A stretch of DNA of 20,000 nt, taken from the IMG/VR virus record IMGVR_UViG_3300028275_000622; one strand, written 5' to 3'. This DNA comes from an uncultured virus (IMG/VR IMGVR_UViG_3300028275_000622). Its lineage: Duplodnaviria > Heunggongvirae > Uroviricota > Caudoviricetes. The notes under the pieces are model-generated. The model made no database searches, had not been told where the DNA came from, and worked only from the letters and a program-made list of their open reading frames with translations. A program made the position numbers and the translations under genes. Below, one piece after another: positions 17,987-20,000 of the stretch. The stretch's first letter is position 1. Every line of letters starts with the position of its first letter.

Positions 17987-18506
17987 CAGTGCAGTAATCA
18001 TGGGTTGCAATCCATGGTGCAAACCTTCCGAACTGCGCCAAAAGAAAGTTGGTGAAGCTCAGGAGGAGTACGAAAATGAGCGCATGGCGAGAGGTAAAAG
18101 ACTTGAGCCAATTGTGCGCCAAATGTACGAAGAGCTAACCGGATTGCAAATGACCCCAGTGTGCGTTGAGCACATCCAGTTCCCATGGTTCCGTGCATCA
18201 CTGGATGGACTATCCGAGTGCGGAAATGTAATTCTGGAAATCAAATGTCCCAATGATAGAGCACACAGTGAAGCTCTCCGTGGATGGGTTCCAAAGTACT
18301 ACTATCCTCAACTGCAACACCAACTGGGTGTGACAGGTGCAAAGATAGCGCACTACGTGTCCTATTCAGATGCTCCAAAGTTCAAACCTCATGAAAGGAT
18401 TTGCTTGGTGGAAATGCTTCCTAACACAGGGTACATCAAGGAGTTGATTGTAAGGGAGGCAGAATTTGTTCAATCTTGCAAAAATCAGACGGCTGGACCA
18501 ATGTGA
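17904..18506 (+). CDS. YqaJ-like viral recombinase / lambda-exonuclease family protein
   Basis: Q.GSEWLEWRRQGVGGSD..VIMG.NPW, RGKRLEP, ASLDGL, ILEIKCP (PD-(D/E)xK) and YYPQLQHQL.VTG. The ATG at 17904 fits the GAGG SD at 17891-17894 better than 17895 does. Confidence 0.93.
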   Translation: MSQYKLVTMDQSGSEWLEWRRQGVGGSDSAVIMGCNPWCKPSELRQKKVGEAQEEYENERMARGKRLEPIVRQMYEELTGLQMTPVCVEHIQFPWFRASLDGLSECGNVILEIKCPNDRAHSEALRGWVPKYYYPQLQHQLGVTGAKIAHYVSYSDAPKFKPHERICLVEMLPNTGYIKELIVREAEFVQSCKNQTAGPM

Positions 18507-18894
18507 TCTTGAATCTTACGACAAGCTCTTGGAGCAATTAGGACCTGTTTACACTAATTGCAAAGAGCGGGAAAACATATTGCGGGAGAGAAACTATGGT
18601 GGTTGCTCTCCCACTTTTGTCTGGTTGGAGGATGGAGTGCCAGTAGGTACTGCAACCCTGTATATACTGGATAAATTGCAATTTCGTTACCCTTACGCAA
18701 TCATAGACGATGTTGCAGTTTTGCCAGAGTTTCGGGGTAAGGGTATAGCAAAAGAGCTTGTGCGGTACTGCCTTACAATTGCTCAAATTAGAGGATGTTT
18801 CAAGGTAATCCTAGACTGCGATTCTGCACTAACAAGCTTTTACGAGAAGTTTGGATTTTACCAGAATGGGACTTGCATGAGAATCGACCTTTGA
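18466..18894 (+). CDS. GNAT acetyltransferase, glucosamine-6-phosphate N-acetyltransferase (GNA1)-like, 142 aa
   Basis: LLEQL, VGTATLYILDK, IDDVAV..EFRGKGIAKEL (acetyl-CoA motif A), GCFKVILDC and FYEKFGF. TTG start with an AAGGGAGG SD at 18452-18459. Confidence 0.85.
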   Translation: MFNLAKIRRLDQCDLESYDKLLEQLGPVYTNCKERENILRERNYGGCSPTFVWLEDGVPVGTATLYILDKLQFRYPYAIIDDVAVLPEFRGKGIAKELVRYCLTIAQIRGCFKVILDCDSALTSFYEKFGFYQNGTCMRIDL

Positions 18895-18898
18895 CTAT

Positions 18899-18922
18899 GT
18901 GCGCCCCCGCAAGGAGGTGCAT
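18899..18922 (+). promoter_or_regulatory. GNRA-capped hairpin that sequesters the integrase SD (AAGGAGGT)
   Basis: gtGCGCCCCC-GCAA-GGAGGTGCat pairs over about 9 bp with one C/A mismatch. ATG at 18924. Confidence 0.6.
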
Positions 18923-18923
18923 C

Positions 18924-19904
18924 ATGCCAAGTGTGTATTTTCAAAAAAGCAGGTTTTGTTGGGCATGTTCATGGAAGCAATCAGGTAAAACCTTAGTCAA
19001 GTATTTTAAATCCAAGGCCGAGGCTGTGGCATTCAAGCCAACAGCCCGGCCTTCTGTAATTAGTGCACCAGTAGTATCAGATTTTAGTACTATCCTTACG
19101 CAGTATCTAGGAACATTAAAGGTGCGGGAAAGAACATTAGTGCGGTATCAGCAGGAAATTGCATCACTGCGAATGTGCATGAAAAGCCTAGAAACAAGCC
19201 GTGATAACATCATGCGCATTATCGAGGATATACAATGTAGATACACTGCTGCGAAGAGCAGTAGGGCATTAAAGAGGTTAAAAGTACTTTGTAAATTTGC
19301 AGAGATACCATTTCCACCAAATGTAAGGACTGCGTATAAGCACAAGAAGGGAACTGCACTTTCTGAACAGCAGGTGCAAGAACTCCTACATAGAACGCAG
19401 AAGGATTACCCAAATTACTATTTACTTCTGTGTATCCTACTGGATACAGGTGCAAGACTTGGTGAGGTCTTAGCACTGAACTGGGAAGACTGGGACGGAG
19501 AGAGCATAAAAATATGCAAATCTTATGCACCCAATAATAAAGGCCCTAAAATCACTCCAGTTAAGACTTCTCGCTCAAATAGGGTATTGCCCTTATCTGC
19601 ACCATTAAACAGGCTATTAAACGATTTTAAGGGCCTTCCTAGGGAGCCTCTGTGCAAGTCTTTGCACGGTTCCAGATTGCACCCAAGCAATTTGCGCAGG
19701 GACTGGTGGAAAAAGGTGTGCGGTGGTTACAGGATCCATGACCTTAGGCACACGTGCGCAACTTTTTTGCTGAACCAAGTTGACCCCAGAGTGGTTAGTG
19801 CAAAGCTGGGGCATGAAAGCACAACTACTACTCTTAAGATCTACGATCACCTTCTTCACCAGAAGAAAAATCTACCGAGTTTACTGTACAAAATTGGTTC
19901 ATAA
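18924..19904 (+). CDS. int: Tyrosine recombinase / phage integrase, 326 aa
   Basis: Catalytic set TGARLGE (R), VKT (K), HDLRH (HxxR), LGH and IY (Y). A perfect SD at 18911-18918 supports a start at 18924 rather than 18795. Adjacent to a tRNA fragment. Confidence 0.95.
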   Translation: MPSVYFQKSRFCWACSWKQSGKTLVKYFKSKAEAVAFKPTARPSVISAPVVSDFSTILTQYLGTLKVRERTLVRYQQEIASLRMCMKSLETSRDNIMRIIEDIQCRYTAAKSSRALKRLKVLCKFAEIPFPPNVRTAYKHKKGTALSEQQVQELLHRTQKDYPNYYLLLCILLDTGARLGEVLALNWEDWDGESIKICKSYAPNNKGPKITPVKTSRSNRVLPLSAPLNRLLNDFKGLPREPLCKSLHGSRLHPSNLRRDWWKKVCGGYRIHDLRHTCATFLLNQVDPRVVSAKLGHESTTTTLKIYDHLLHQKKNLPSLLYKIGS

Positions 19905-19941
19905 TTTGCAATTTTAGCCTTGTTTTATAGGGTTTTCCTAT

Positions 19942-19986
19942 GGTTTCCTAAACCGAGGGTCGTAGGTTCGAATCTTACCGGGCGCA
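19942..19986 (+). other. att core: 3' half of tRNA-Arg(CCT) (attP or attR)
   Basis: GGT-TTCCTAA-ACCGA (anticodon arm, CCT), GGGTC, GTAGG-TTCGAAT-CTTAC (T arm), CGGGCGC-A (acceptor 3' strand). No 5' acceptor strand or D arm upstream. Starts 37 nt after the int stop. Confidence 0.88.
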
Positions 19987-20000
19987 TATATTCACGGGCC

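Larger units (their letters stand above)
1..20000 (+). mobile_element. Temperate tailed phage / prophage segment (tail-fibre module, lysis-like module, integrase, att site)
   Basis: Co-oriented, tightly packed or overlapping genes. Contains a collagen/Mtd-N fibre, a holin-like gene, YqaJ exonuclease and a tyrosine integrase next to a tRNA 3' fragment. No housekeeping genes. Confidence 0.93.

Noticed and set aside
18795..18923. N-terminal extension of the integrase (369-aa call)
   Set aside because: It overlaps the GNAT gene and the hairpin. The perfect SD points to the ATG at 18924.
280..19859. Minus-strand and nested short ORFs in the ORF track
   Set aside because: All are shadows of longer + strand genes and have no recognisable motifs.
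19915..19990. Complete tRNA-Arg gene
   Set aside because: The 5' acceptor strand, D arm and CCA are missing. Only the 3' half is present.

Overview
This is a gene-dense 20 kb segment of a temperate tailed phage or prophage, with every supported gene on the + strand. From left to right it holds uncharacterised virion/tail-region genes (62-7172), then a fibre/adhesin cluster (7174-15453) with a collagen-repeat fibre carrying an Mtd-N-like head, a stand-alone Mtd-N mini-gene and an IPT/TIG-repeat protein. Next come a Cys-rich small protein and a candidate non-canonical lysis cassette (15804-17724) built around a membrane-anchored papain/C39-like Cys peptidase; two of its small genes are missing from the supplied ORF track. 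The window ends with a YqaJ exonuclease, a GNA1-like GNAT, a tyrosine integrase and the 3' half of tRNA-Arg(CCT), which is the likely att core. Protein motifs suggest a Planctomycetota (Gemmataceae-like) host, which is an inference. The main sequence-level signals come from manual scans. CCWGG and CGCG appear completely absent while their C-to-T products are in excess. TGCA is about 3-4x enriched except in a 1.9 kb segment of the IPT gene that looks recently acquired. The integrase Shine-Dalgarno (SD) sequence is buried in a GNRA hairpin.
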